Assembly (NCBI RefSeq): GCF_009834535.1
Contig: NC_045696.1
Span: forward strand, 28,522,001 to 28,586,000
DNA length: 64,000 nucleotides
Source of the DNA: Camelus ferus
Taxonomy: Eukaryota
Direction of reading: 5' to 3'
This document shows positions 12,011 to 25,140 of the stretch, one piece after another. The notes beneath the pieces were generated by a model. The model saw only the letters and a program-made list of their open reading frames with translations, was not told the origin of the DNA and made no database searches. A program made the translations under genes and the position numbers. Every line of letters begins with the position of its first letter. The stretch's first letter is position 1.

Positions 12011-15000
12011 TGGATCACATTTTGTTCATTTCCTATGTTAGGGTAATCAAATATAAAACATTCAGAATACTGTTTTGGACACAGCATGCATTTTAAGATT
12101 TTCTAGAAGCAGCATATTTTTCAATGGGATCTGCTTATTAAGGTTACAAATTTGAGATATGTCTCAATAAGGAAAAAGTAAGATAGAACGCTTAGGAAAT
12201 GCAGCTTCATTAATTAGTTGATAATTTTAATGGAAGCATCACTATCACTATTAAAAATCTGTCATGATAGGAAGTCTAGGGAATAACTGTGAGTTTTTGA
12301 AACTGTGTCTTCAGGTACTGCTGACAGAAGCAGTGAATTTAGAAAGCCAAATAATGATTTTTCCTAATACTTCCTAATACATCCATCTAGCTGGATCTAG
12401 AATTTCATCCCATTAGTGAGAGGGGAATTTACATTAAAATGAACTGTATTTGACTATTGTACAGAAATAATAAGTTTGTCTGGTGTGTGTGGGGATAGGG
12501 CGGGGTAGGATGGTATGTGCTGCCCACACATGCGTATGTATGCATGTGTGTACATGTGCATGTGTGCGCACACTCAGTGTCCTGGAACTTGGTGAAGAGC
12601 TCATAACCTGCCTGTGGCTCAGTCTGAAAACTTTAGAGGTGAAAATTGCCAGTCTCATCTGAGGAAAAATCTGAATTATAAGCTTGGCTGTAGGACACGA
12701 AAGGATGGATTAAAAGGGAGTTGTTGACTTGTACACTCAGGTGTGGTGTCCACAGTGAGATCCAATACCATCAGATAAGAAATTCAGAAATTGCTGAACA
12801 ACATTCATAACTCTTAAGTATTTGTAAATTGTGTGGCTTCCCCCATTTCTATAATTTCTTTTTTAATTTCCTGTCACATTTCCAGTAATTATGGGTAGCA
12901 GAAGCCTTAAATTGAAATGCCTCCGTGCACCTGTCTTCAAGAGCTCTAAGGAAGAAATACATCATAGAATAAGCTTTCTACTTTCCAGCCAGACTTGGGA
13001 GAAAACAAAGCTTTCCCAGGGTAAATTAGTTGGGGGCAGCTGCCCCACGTGGAAAAAAATCAGTAGTAGTCCTCATGGCTAGTAGTAGAGAAAGAAAAAC
13101 TGGAGAGGGCCTGAGAAAGGACCCTGCACTTACTACATTTTAAACTCTACTTGTAGTTTGCCACAATCACTATCACCCCATATTACTCACAATAGTTCAG
13201 TTCATACATTTCATTCAACCACCTGAAACTTAGAGTTATGGGCCCTGTTTTCAGCAGTATGAACTCATCGTGGGACGTACACATGAAAATTCTGAGGAGG
13301 CAGGACTGGAAAGGAATAAATGATCGCCGTATCCTTCTCTAGAATTATTACCAATCATCTGTTACCAGAACCTCATTACTATATTTGGCATAGTCCATTT
13401 TAGAAGAGAAAAATCAAACCGATCTTGCACAGAAAGCCACACAGGTATTCCAAATTCTTCGAAGCAATGCAAATTACTCTATCTGCTCAAATGTGGACTT
13501 TATCAACTCTGAACACACTTAATCACAGTATAGTTATTCTTCTGGAACCCAGGGCATAGTAGAGTGGTCAGACAGTCTCACTGGCAAATAAATAAATAAA
13601 TGAGCTTTGGCCCAGAGCCTTTTTGAGTGTCAATTGACATTCAAACCCGGTAACTACCCATCATTTTCCTGGGAACGCTGTGAACGGGAGACTTATTTTC
13701 CTTGAGAGCCACTTAGAATTTTCTGTTGTGACCTTAGGGACTGCTTTTTTATTCCGCCACCTGGAGCTCTTTATTACAACTGCTTTTGCCTCCCTGACCC
13801 TGAGTTCCCTCTGAAGTTTCACCTTTTGGTCTCTACCAGTCTGGAGCTCATTTTTCTCCTGCAGCTCCCAGGGCTGGTGGCTTTTGCTAAGAGGTGAGAA
13901 GGTGATTTTTCCTAGTGTTACAGCCTCTTAATTAGCCAGATTGGAGAATTTGCCCTCTAAGTTCCTCCCTCAAAAACCATGAAATAAGTCACAGCAGGTT
14001 TGAGTCAACCCGGTGTGGCACTGAAAGTTCCCACCACTCACAACTGCCCCGCAGTCAATAAGCACACCGCATCAGAGGGTGTATGCTTAGCTGAGTCTCT
14101 TCTGATGGAAATTAATTTTTCTGCATAGCCCAGGATGTGGTCCACGGGGTTAGAGAGAGTAATATTGTGAGAATCGAATATTTTATTCATATATTGGTTT
14201 GTCCTAAAAGACATTGTATGCGTTTGTTATAATATGTTATAATATAATAATATAATATAATATAATGCGTTTCATTAACCTCAGTTAATGAAATGTTTTA
14301 GAAGCTTATAGAGGCAAAGATCTTAAAAAACACACTTTAGGGTTGACTTCAGGTTCAAACTTATTTTAACCTGTTTTCTAGGTAAACATAATTCCTATCA
14401 CATGAGGACAATGCAGCAGAATCAACCCCGTGTTCTGTAATTGAAAGATTACAATTGAAAGATTTCCTTGAAGACAAATTTAAGAGATGGTTGCCTTTGA
14501 AGGTTGATGGCTATATTCACCTCTGCTCCTGGACGGGTCAGAGCTGCCAGCTGGTACCCAGGTAATGGAGCAGACTGATGTTTTCCCATCCCTTCTACTT
14601 GTTGCACAGGCTCAATCACATCAACCTACTAGGATTTTGTCTGTATTTGTGGCTTCTCTCTTCTCCCAGGGTATAAAATTTTAATTATTCTACAGAAAAC
14701 GTTTAGCTTGACTAATGATCTAACACAGGCAAATGAATTTGGAGAGCCTGTGTTCTAAATATTCATATACATACTTATCTATCGCAGGAAACTATAGATG
14801 ACATTGTTTTAAGTTAAATTGTTGCTCTAGATGTAGAGAAGGTGAAATTATGAACCGTACTTTGTTAATTATTCAATAGGTACATTTCAGATTTTCTTTT
14901 GTATGTTGTGAGAAGAATGTTTACGGCAGCAGAGCTACATCTTCAATGCTGCTAGAGGCTCGTGGAATGTCTTTTCTTAATTGTACTTTCTTTTTCCTCC

Positions 15001-15449
15001 TCTAATATTTCTACACTTTATCAGGTAGAAGATGGAAAAAAAAAATGAATTTAAATTACTGATGGCCCTTTTGAATAGTTTATTACCTATTGATTTACAT
15101 TTTTAATTCTATATCTATCTCCATTTTGCAACTCCATTCTCTTTAAAGACTTCTCCCATTGCTCTTTGTTCTCCATTTTTATTAGATGATGAAGCATTGA
15201 CTGTAGTTTATTAATTTTAAATCTTGTTTTCAATTTTTTTGCATTATAAAATAAGAAAATGTTCTTGAACTTTTAAAAAGGGTTTCTTTTTTGAAATAAA
15301 AAATGTTAATTGGGTTTAATGGCTTAAGCATATTGCACTGATTGTGGACGGTCTTGGTCAGGTGTGAGCAAAAAATGCAAATTTACTTTCATTTTAAACT
15401 CATCCATTAAGGTTAGATTCTTGGATTTTGTAACTAGCCCTCACCGACA

Positions 15450-16395
15450 TTCATTAAAGAAAAATGCAAATAACAACCACACTGGAATATTATGCTACAC
15501 TTAGCAATTTAGCAAAAATCCCTACATTTGATAATACATTCTGTTGGCAAGGCTGGGGAGAAAGAAGTATGCTCATATATTCCTGGGGGCCTGTAAGTTG
15601 GCTCCTCCACTATGAGAAATCTTTACAATACCTATCAATATAACAGATTTATATACATTATGACCAGCAGTTCTGCTTCTGGGAATTTATCCTTCAGATA
15701 CTCTTGGCACACATGCAGAAGACAAATGCTCAAGGTCAGTTATATGGGCATTGCTTGTTAACAGTGAAGAATTGGAAAAAATCCAAATGTCTATCAGCAG
15801 AAGACCATTTAAGTACATTTCAGTACATCAGTGTGAAATAATATTGGGCAGCCCTAAAGAAGAATGAGAAAGGATTCTATTCACTTATAGGAAAAAAATT
15901 TAATTTACATTACAAAATGAAAAAAGCAAGACCTAGAAAAGCATATTTAATATGTTTATTTTATATAAAAAGGTGAAAAATAAGAATATATATCTGCATT
16001 TGGCTGAATTTGCATAAAATAACTATTATTTATTTACTGATAGTTGAATGGGATCTAAGAATATGCAGGACAAAATAAGGAGTGAGATTTCTACTCTACT
16101 CCATTTGGCTCAAACATATTAGGTATATTACTTATTATACACACAAACACACACATACAACAGGTTAGGAGGGAATGAAGAAGAAAATTTATCAGAAAAC
16201 TTGTGATAACTCATGTTACTACAATTGAACAAAGAGTTTGGTTCCAAGGAAATTTCTGTTATGATGGAAATATTTGTGTCTTGATTGTGGTGGTAGTTTC
16301 ACAGGGGTATATATCCTTGAAAATTCACTGATTGGTACACTTTAAATTGATGCAGGTTACTAAATGTAAATCATACTTCAATAAAGTTGGTTGAA
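15450..16395 (+). mobile_element. Old L1 (L1MC/L1ME-like) ORF2-end and 3' UTR fragments
   Basis: aaaatgcaaataacaaccacactgg...tgttggcaagg...tatgaccagcagttctgcttctgggaatttatcct; ends gtgtcttgattgtggtggtagtttcacaggggtatat...cttcaataaagttg. Confidence 0.75.
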
Positions 16396-16679
16396 ATAGC
16401 TTTATTCTGGGCCTCCAAAAATACTACTACTACTAATTTTTATTATATTTTATTACTATATAATATATATTATTACAACTGCTACTATTATTATTATTAT
16501 TAACTATATAGAGACCATTCTATCACATTGCCTTTAGTAGACATTGCCTCTAGTCGCTACTTACATGAAGTGGAAAGTATTTTTCCACATGCATAATGTT
16601 TGATCACATATGAAAGCATTTCTAAAGAGTGCTAAGGCAGTCTGATTTGATCTTCGCTTATCAGCTCTTAGAAAGAGGG

Positions 16680-16890
16680 GCCACATAAGCATTCTGTCTA
16701 TCTTAACCTTGTTCATTTTCTCTAAATGATTTATCATGACTTGACATGCTATACATAATTAAATATTTGTCCTCTCCTTTTAGAACGTAAGCTTTCCGTG
16801 GACAAGGTCTTTGTTTAATTTGCTGCTCTGTCCTCCGCACCTGATGTCCCTAAGATGTAGCAGGTACTCTATAAATACTTGTTTAATCAC
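16680..16890 (+). mobile_element. L2 3' end fragment
   Basis: tagaacgtaagctttccgtggacaaggtctttgttt...gtagcaggtactctataaatacttgtt. Confidence 0.65.
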
Positions 16891-17290
16891 TTCTTAAGAA
16901 ATGGATTAAAATATGTTAGAAAAAACTCTTACAAAGTTGCCATGTTGGAGAGTCAATTAAGACTCTAAATTAGCTCTAAACAGTTAGGATTCCCTCCAGC
17001 ATTGGACTGAATCATCTTGTCTTTGACTGAGTTCCAGAGGAAGTGGTTGGCTAGTAGTTACAAAGGGAAAAAAAATGTACAGAAAATCATTGGAATTACA
17101 CTCTAATAAAATGAGATGCTCCCTTTATGATCCATGGAAGTTGAGGCTGGCAGAGATAAGAGCAGATTCACCTATTCCTTTTCAGCTCACTTCTGGGTGT
17201 AAACTTATTAAACACCAGGTTTGCTGGGAACCATCAACCATTTAACCAGCTCTGTCTCTCTTGTGTGTAGTCTGTTTGTTTAGTTTGCTT

Positions 17291-17316
17291 TGTGTGTGTG
17301 TGTGTGTGTGTGTGTG
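17291..17316. repeat. (TG)n microsatellite
   Basis: Perfect TG run seen directly. Confidence 0.95.
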
Positions 17317-17435
17317 GTGTTTGGTGTGTTTGCTTGTTTTATGCCCACCCTAAAAGTTGAATTCCTGTGTGTTAAATGCTTATTATAAAGGATCTCAACT
17401 ACTAAAGATTTCATGATCATCCTGTTTTTTGACTG

Positions 17436-19190
17436 GTTCATTTATTCAGTTATGTGTTTATTCAGCATATTTTTATCAAGACCTACTAAAAGCCAGGCAC
17501 TGTTTCAGGCACAGGATGACCATCAGGGAATAAAAAGCCTGCAGTTGTCATCCAGAGTTCACTGTACTTATCAGGAAGACAGAAAATATACTTATAAATA
17601 CATGCAATCAAGAAATGTTAAGTGCTAAGTTGATACATAAAGTGTATATATCTAGTTATTATGTGGAAAATAGACTTGTAAGGGGATGAGTGAAAGCCAC
17701 TGAGCCCTATGAGATTCCTGGAGTATTCAGGAGAGAAATGGCTTGGTCTGTATGAGTTAGGGTATTAGAAATGGTGAGAAGTAGTTGAGCTCAGTGCATA
17801 TCTTGAAGCTACAGTGGATATTCTAATGAATTGGATGTGGGGTCTGAGGGCATAATAGGAATCATGAATGCCTCTTTATTTTGCTTAAAGTAAACAGTTT
17901 AAGGATGGGGGAGTTGAGTCTGTTTTGGTTATAAGTTTGACATGACTATTGGGCACCAAAGCAGGAATGTTGAGAGCAAAATTGGAAAAAAATGAAGTTT
18001 GATATTAGGAGAAAGTCAGTGCTGAAGATATTAATGTGGAATGTACTAGTTAATTAATATTAATTATTCTATTAATATGGGGTGGATAGATGGCATTGTA
18101 AAGCTTGAGATTGTAAGAGATCATTTATAAAACAAGTGAAGCTAGAGAAGTAAGTGGTGAGAGGTGTGAGCCTTTGGCACTCCATCATTTAGAGGTTTAG
18201 GAAGAAAGAGAAGAGCCAGCAAAGGATTCTGAGGAAGAACAGCACCAAGAGAAGGAGTGGGCATCAAAGTCACGTAGGTATCTTCACCCTGCAATGTGCA
18301 TTGCAACATCATTCACAATAGCCAAGACGTTACAACCACCTAAGTGTCCATCAGTGGATGAGTGGATAAAGAAAACATGGCTCATATACACAATGGAATA
18401 TTAATCAGCCATAAAAAAAATAAGAAAATCCTGCCATTTATGGCAACATAGACTGACTTTAAGGGTATTATGCTATATAAAATAAGTCAGACAGGGAAAG
18501 ACAATTGCTGTATGGTCATTTATATGTGGAATCTAAAAAAGCTGAACTATAGAAACAGACAGTAGCTGGGCAATGGGAAAAAAGAGATGTTGGTCAAAGT
18601 GTATAAACTTCCAGTTATGCGATTAATAAGTTAAGGGGATCTAATGTACAGAATAATGATTATAGTTAATAGTACTGTGTTAGATACTTGAATGTTGCTA
18701 AGAAAGTAGATCTTAAATGTTCTCACTACAAAATAAAAAAGAAAGGTAATTATCTGTGGTGATGGGTTGTGAAAACTAACCTTATTATGGGACCCATCCC
18801 ATGATATTTATGTGAATCAAATCATCACATTGTACATCTTAAACTTACACAGAGTTAAATGTTAATCAGTAAAGCTGGGGAAAAAAAAGACGGGCAGGAA
18901 AAACAAAACAGAATGAAAAAGCAACAGTGAATATATTGTCTTGGAAGCAAAATGAAGAAAATGCTTTAAAAAAAAAAGGATGATGTAAGAATCTGTATTA
19001 AATTCTGCAGAAATATGAATAAATTGAGATTGAGAAGTAACCATTGACTTAAATGAGATATTGGCATCTGTCAGTTTTAATCAAAGGGATCTCTGTGGAC
19101 TGCTAGGGATTTACAGCTAATTAGAAAGTACTGATAAAAAAAGAACTGGAGACAGATATTTTAGATAATTTTTTCAATAGCTTTGCCTTA
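17436..19190 (-). mobile_element. L2 LINE (about 17436-18270 and 18905-19190) split by an L1 insertion
   Basis: Reverse L2 tail ttcatttattcag...acctactaaaagccaggcactg; aattggatgtggggtctgag; cctttggcactccatcatttagaggt; resumes gtcttggaagcaaaatgaagaaa...gagaagtaaccattgactt. Confidence 0.75.
18280..18888 (+). mobile_element. L1MA-type 3' end inserted in L2
   Basis: cattcacaatagccaagac...aagtgtccatcagtggatgagtggataaagaaaa...gtagatcttaaatgttctcactac...aaagctggggaaaaaaaa. Confidence 0.9.
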
Positions 19191-19208
19191 AAGGTGATAT
19201 GGCTATGT

Positions 19209-19695
19209 CTGTATTCCAGTTATCTATTGTCTTGTAAAAAACACTTCACAGGTCAGTGACTTAATCAAATAGTCATTATATTCTACCTCCAGGTTTAGCA
19301 GCTGGGAGATAGGCTGCTCTGGTTGGTTCAATAGAGCTGCACTCACACCCCCAGCAACTTAGCAGGGACTTTGGGAAGGCTGAGCTCAGCTGGGGCCCTT
19401 TCCCTTTCCCTTCCCCTTTCCATGTGGTTTCAGGACCTGTCCACCTGGTGTCTTCAGTAGGACAGTCAGCTCAGGCTCCAAGAGTGTGTATTTCAGGAGA
19501 CAAGAAGAGGAACTTGCCAGTCTCTTTAGGTCTGAAGGGAAAGCCTGACACCATAAAAGTGTAAGAAACCTAGAAACTTACGTGGTGTCACTTCTGTGAT
19601 ATTTGATTGGTCAGAGCAGGTACAAAGACTGTCCAGTTTAAAGAGGAAGAGCCATAGACCACACCTCTCCATAGGAGAGTAGCTTAGTCAACCAT
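19209..19695 (-). mobile_element. MLT1-family solo LTR
   Basis: tgtattccagttatctattgtc...gaaggctgagctcagctgggg...tgtcacttctgtgatatttgattggtcagagcag...ccacacctctccataggag. Confidence 0.75.
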
Positions 19696-20869
19696 AGGGT
19701 GTATTTGGAGTTTGTAAGGGAGGTTTTTTCAAGATGGAAAATACTATATGGGAACATCAACTTCCTCAGCTTGAGCTACACTTGGACTTGTTTTTGAAGC
19801 TCTCCTCCCTGTATTCAGTAGCACTGATTTTGTCTTCTACCACATGTCCATTTTGTCTTCTGTGTCCACATGTCCAGTCTCAAGTCTGGCAGTTCCTCAT
19901 ACCATATACTTTTCCTTCCATGCTTTTGAGTACTTTCCCTATCCCTGCATATCTTCCTGCAAATCTTACTAACCAGTCATTTTATAGGTTTAAATTTACT
20001 TTCTTTGAGAACATTTCTTGATGATTCTGGGTAGACTTGAACAACCACTGCTCTCTCATAGACCATTACTTCTTCACAATTACACTACTTCACATTTTGT
20101 ACCCAATTATAATTGTACCTTTATACCTCTTCCATCATTGTAACCTTCTTGAAGGCAAGGAGTGTGTCTTTTGAATCTAGTGCCTAACAGATAAAAATAT
20201 CTGTGGAGTCACTGATTTTCCCCACTAGATCCCTTTCTACATATTTATCTTAACTAAATTCTAAGAGTACAAAGTGGTCAAATTCAGTTATAGGAAGCTT
20301 AATTCAAGATTACTCCAGATTAATAGTATATGCTATAATCATTGTTGAGTTGTAATCAAAATAACTGATGTAAATTTCTATTCTCCATATTTTATTCATT
20401 GTTACTACATTACTTTCTTCATAGGCCTCACAGAATCATTTTGGTTTAATATCAATAAACAAATATTTTCAATGCTAAATCCTTTGGCTACATATTTGTT
20501 ACAAGTGTGATAGGACGAAATGATATGATAGCTATAAAAATCCATTTCAGATATGAGAAAAAATATTGAAAATAATGGTTGAGTGGTATATACTCATATA
20601 GCAGTGCAAATAAATAATTGCTTTATACCCTTTCATCACTCAGCTTAAAGAAATTATGGCATATATGTCTATGTGGGTAACAGTGATTCTAGGTTATCTT
20701 TAGTTTTAATTTGTTTTCTTAGGTTGAAAAGTTTTCAAAAAGGCAATATGTTAATTAATTCCATTAAACCATGGAATCCTCTGGTCCTACAATATATGTA
20801 TCTGTAATGGCTGTTGGCCTGATAGAATGTTGGAATTACCTCCAGTGGTTGCAGATGTGGGGTCAATAA

Positions 20870-21290
20870 TGGACATAATACCAACCCAGTTTGGGTTGCG
20901 GTTCTTTGGAGTTTTGTGTACACCTTAAATCAATACCCTCTCTATGGTCTGCCACAGGTGAATTAGACAGGTGTGGAAGCCAAGAAGTGGAAGGAGGAGT
21001 GGTCTGTTCACCATCACTTCTAATAACTCACTTGGGGAATTCTGGTTTCCATTCCTATAACTTTTGGCTTTGTGGGTCCAAATATGCTGCATCACGGTGG
21101 AGTGACTCTGTCTCTAATGGACAGAGTTAAAGTCCTGCTTCATTTAATCATCCAGATGTCACCCAGTCCCTTCAAGCTCCTCATGAGATAAGACTAGGAG
21201 GAAAAGAAAGTTACAACACTGGCAGAGTAACTGAACTGATTATCAGGAGGAGAGAGAACTGCTAGATCGTAATGCAGAGTTGCTCAGGGT
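20870..21290 (+). mobile_element. Decayed ERVL internal segment (integrase/3' pol region)
   Basis: Across frameshifts it reads VYTLNQYPLYG...GCGSQEVEGGVV...TITSNNSLGEF, resembling ERVL pol (VYALNQRPLYG...GSGNQGVE...TITPNDPL). Confidence 0.65.
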
Positions 21291-21615
21291 CCCTGGAACC
21301 ACCAGTCCCACATGAAGGGATTTAAAAGTTTATATACTCCCTCATCCAGCCCTGGGGTGGCATGTAGCCAATGACTGACTGACAAGAGGGTGCAAAAAGC
21401 CATTCATCTTTTTACTGAAGGATGATTTACCTTTCAGAGCTTCCTGGAGCAGATGGCGTCAGAATGCGTCTGGGACTTTCTTGGTCTCTTTCCCTCTCCT
21501 CTCCTGCCTCCCAACTCTCTGACCAGCTTCTCCAGGAGCATTTCTAAACATATCACTTGCACTTGAATTCTTGGCACAGGCTATTTATTCTTATTGGAGA
21601 ACCAAATACAAACAC
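21290..21615 (+). mobile_element. LTR16-like ERVL 3' LTR
   Basis: ccagccctggggtggcatgtagccaatgactgactgac...cagcttctccaggagcatttctaaacatatcacttgcacttgaattc...ggagaaccaaat; directly follows the ERVL internal piece. Confidence 0.7.
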
Positions 21616-24324
21616 CAATGTTTGATTTCGTAACATTCAATATCTTAGAATGAAAATTTGGTATGTAGAAATAAATTCCACAATGCAATACTGTTATGTT
21701 TTTTCATGAAATGACACAGAAAAGTATTTTCTATAGGGATTACTCATCTTGGCCATGTTCTAATTGTAATCCATACCATTTCTCTATGTGTTAGAAATTT
21801 AGACCTGTTACAAGGCATAAGTAAAATAGGGAAGAAAATGCTTCATATGCTAGTGAATTAATAGACTAGTTTCTTTTTACTAGCTTTTTCCAAATCCAGC
21901 CCCAAAGACCTAATGCCCAAGAAATATTACAAAAAATAATATAATATCTAAACCATTGATCTACATAAATGAGGACAAATATTTGTACGTGGCACATATA
22001 GAGTCTTGGAGGAGCAATGAGACATCTTCCTCTATCTGTATTATGTGAATTGATCCTCAGGGACAGACAGTGACTGATGCCACAACCAGGTTATACCTGG
22101 ACTGAATCACATTTTGCATATTTTTCACCTGAATAACTCTATAGAGAGAGCATAATATTTTTAAATGCTATGCTGCCTGAAGTAACAGCTAAAGGTTTTT
22201 TTAAATTTTCTTTCATTTTTAAAATAACAAACTGCCTGCAAATACTTAGAGCCATATTTAATATATATTGTTGAATGAACAAATGAATAGATACATCCTA
22301 TTTCTTTAAATAAAACATAAATTTCTTATTCTTTGCCAACTGTGGTAAAAGATACTTCTCTGCAGTAAGCTCCCAGATTTTAAATTAGTCTTTTATGATG
22401 AAGGAGAAACACTGATAATTGAGGCCAGATAAGGCCAACTGTTAAAATCAGTTTAAGGTAATAATTAAAGAGGTGAAAATTGGATTATTGTAAGGTGACT
22501 CCTGCTGGGAAAATGTGTTTTGACTAGTGTGAAATATATCTATATATAAAAATATGATTATTGGGTCAATTGAAAAAGCATATCCTAAAATCCAATCCAC
22601 TTAAAATGTGGGAATTGTGTTGGATTCTTAATGATTTTTACCCTGTGTCTACTAAGATACTGTTGGCAACTGTGGAAAAGAAATGTGCATTAAACAAATG
22701 CCCAAGTCTCTTAGAAAAGATTCTCACTGCAGGGTAATCTTGTTGCTAACTTAAGGCAAAAAAAAAAAAAAAAAAAAATTATGAAAGAACCATTTTCTAT
22801 ACCATGCATCAAAGACAAAATCACCATAATTTATCTATTGTGACAATATTTCATTTTTCGCTTGTTGATTTTGTGCTCTGTCAGTGTGGGGGAAGGGCTC
22901 CTATGAGAACCTGAGTGGTTTAAGGATTATTGTCAGTAAACCTCAAGATGTAACCGGAGCGATAATGGAAAAATAATATTCTGTTGGAAATCTCTGGAGG
23001 TTTTGCTACATGAAGTATAATTGGAATGCCCTAGCAAACCAGTATACCAATTTCCAAATCAAGATTATTAGTCATAAAAAAAATATGGATACTTCAAATC
23101 CATCTTGGGAGTTTAATCAATAAAAACAGCAGATAAGAATACAGAAAACTGTCTGAATTTTGAAAGTCCCACTAGCAATAAATGTTTCTGAGGGAGAAAG
23201 AAACCCCCTTCATATTCATTATTTAACCACTTTGGTTTATAGGTCTGACTTTTTAGGAACAAAGCATGGTATTCTGTTGACATAAAGCATTTTCTTGAAT
23301 TTCTCTTACTGTTAAAACCCTTCAACTTCCAGATGTAAAGCCATTAGAGACAACCTAAGACTTTAATTGTGAAAAGATACAATTAAAAATTTTCTGAGGT
23401 AGGGATACTCTCTGCAAATATATATTTAAATATAGCAAATAAATATATAGCATAATTATATTCTAAATACTAAAGAATAATTTTGGCCAAAAGGACATGA
23501 AGATTAAGTTTTAATTTTATTTACATCAAATGAATATTATAAAGTCTTCTTGAAAACATTTTCTCATACGTGACTCGAAGCATTTCTTTTGCCAAGTATA
23601 TAATTTCATAAAATATAATTCATCTCACATTGCATATACACATGAATTATTTGCTTCATAATTTAAAAATACAATTAATTTTTAACTATATGTGTCTCTA
23701 TCTATATGAAATTAATAGAAACAAAATAATGTGCAAACAAACTCAGAATTTCTACAACATGATGCAACTATTAGCAAGAGTGGGCATTGCTATTTTGAGA
23801 ATGGGAGCCCAAGATCTAATATTCCTAATATAAAATATACCTTTACATTCAGTGAATTTCTCTCCGTATAGGCTCTGACTTTTCCCTATATTACCGCCAC
23901 CATGGTAGAGTGTTAAGTGGTTAGGAAAGAAATGACAATACCAATTCACAACTCTGGAACCCAGCCGGGATCAGCTGCTAAAGATATTTCTGATCAGAAG
24001 TAAAGGAATAACCTGCATCTGCAGGGCGCTTCAGCTTTGACAGCAGGAAATCCCTTCAATCTGAAATCTGAGATGCCCACAAAAATAACTGTCCTGCAAT
24101 AGTCTGACTCAGAAGGTGGCTTTAAGCAATAAAACATGGCATCATCATGATTTTGTCTTTTTAGAATACAGACTCAATATACGTACTTCCATGTATGCTT
24201 ATCAAGTTTCAAGAATTAATAAATGTGAAACATGGTGGTGTTCCCTTTAAGGGTGTTACTCATCTAAGAAATTTAATTGTGCACATCACCCAACATAAGA
24301 TTATTATTTTTTCTCATTTTTAAA

Positions 24325-24507
24325 AATTTTATTTTTTATTGAAGTGTAGTTGATTTACATTGTTAGTTTCAGGTGTACAGCAAAGCGATTTAGTTATACA
24401 GATATATATATACATTTTCTTTTCAGATTCTTTTCCATTGTATGTTTATTACAAGAAACTGAATATAGTTCCCTGTGCTATACAGTAGGTCCTTGTTGCT
24501 TATCTAT
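24325..24507 (-). mobile_element. 5'-truncated cetartiodactyl L1 3' tail with target-site duplication
   Basis: tttttattgaagtgtagttgatttacattg...gaatatagttccctgtgctatacagtaggtccttgttg. tcatttttaaa is repeated at 24314-24324 and 24508-24518. Confidence 0.88.
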
Positions 24508-24799
24508 TCATTTTTAAATTTAAATTTTTCCCCATTTTCTGCAACATTCATTATTTATAATAATTTCTTTCTGGAGAAGCAGAGGATGCATTTATGTTAA
24601 TCTCCAAATTTTCATAACAATGCATTGCTTCTTGGCTAGAAAATGGCCTGGCAATTCTGAGAAATTATTTAGCAACACAAAACTGATTGGATTAGAGTGT
24701 TAGTGCAAATAATATTATAATTTCTCCCCAATTTTTGGTCACCTGCATGAATTCTCAGAGAAAAACTTCTCTGAAGAACATACCAAAGGCACCAGCATC

Positions 24800-25140
24800 C
24801 CTCTGAGGAAGCTTCTGTCCTGCCATACCCAGGGGTGGCTCTAGCTGACACAGGCACCTCTCCAGAGTGGCGCCTGCTTCAGAAGGTCGGCCCTGTACAC
24901 CAGCACACCCGCAGCAGTTGTGGCTGTACCCTTCAGTTAGCTAGGTCCAGTGCACAAGCAGGCCTCAGAGACAACCAGGACAAAGACCCACCCCATCACC
25001 ACCATGTTTGCAGCAGTCTCAACCAAGCCACACAGCTAGTGAGCCCGGAGGCCAGCTCCATTGGCCAGTGCACCTCATAGCCAGCCGCCTGGGGGGTAAC
25101 CCCACCCATCAGGGTGCCTGCAGCAACTGTGGCCAAATCA
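24800..25140 (+). mobile_element. GC-rich segment with degenerate repeats, probably an old L1 5' UTR
   Basis: Repeated units ccc..acaccagcacacccgcagcagttgtggc, ccccatcaccaccatgtttgcagcagtc and ccccacccatcagggtgcctgcagcaactgtggc; abuts L1 3' sequence. Confidence 0.5.

Noticed and set aside
14382..14561. AG...GT-bounded 180-nt exon candidate
   Set aside because: Stops in all frames from the acceptor, modest splice sites and no recognisable peptide.
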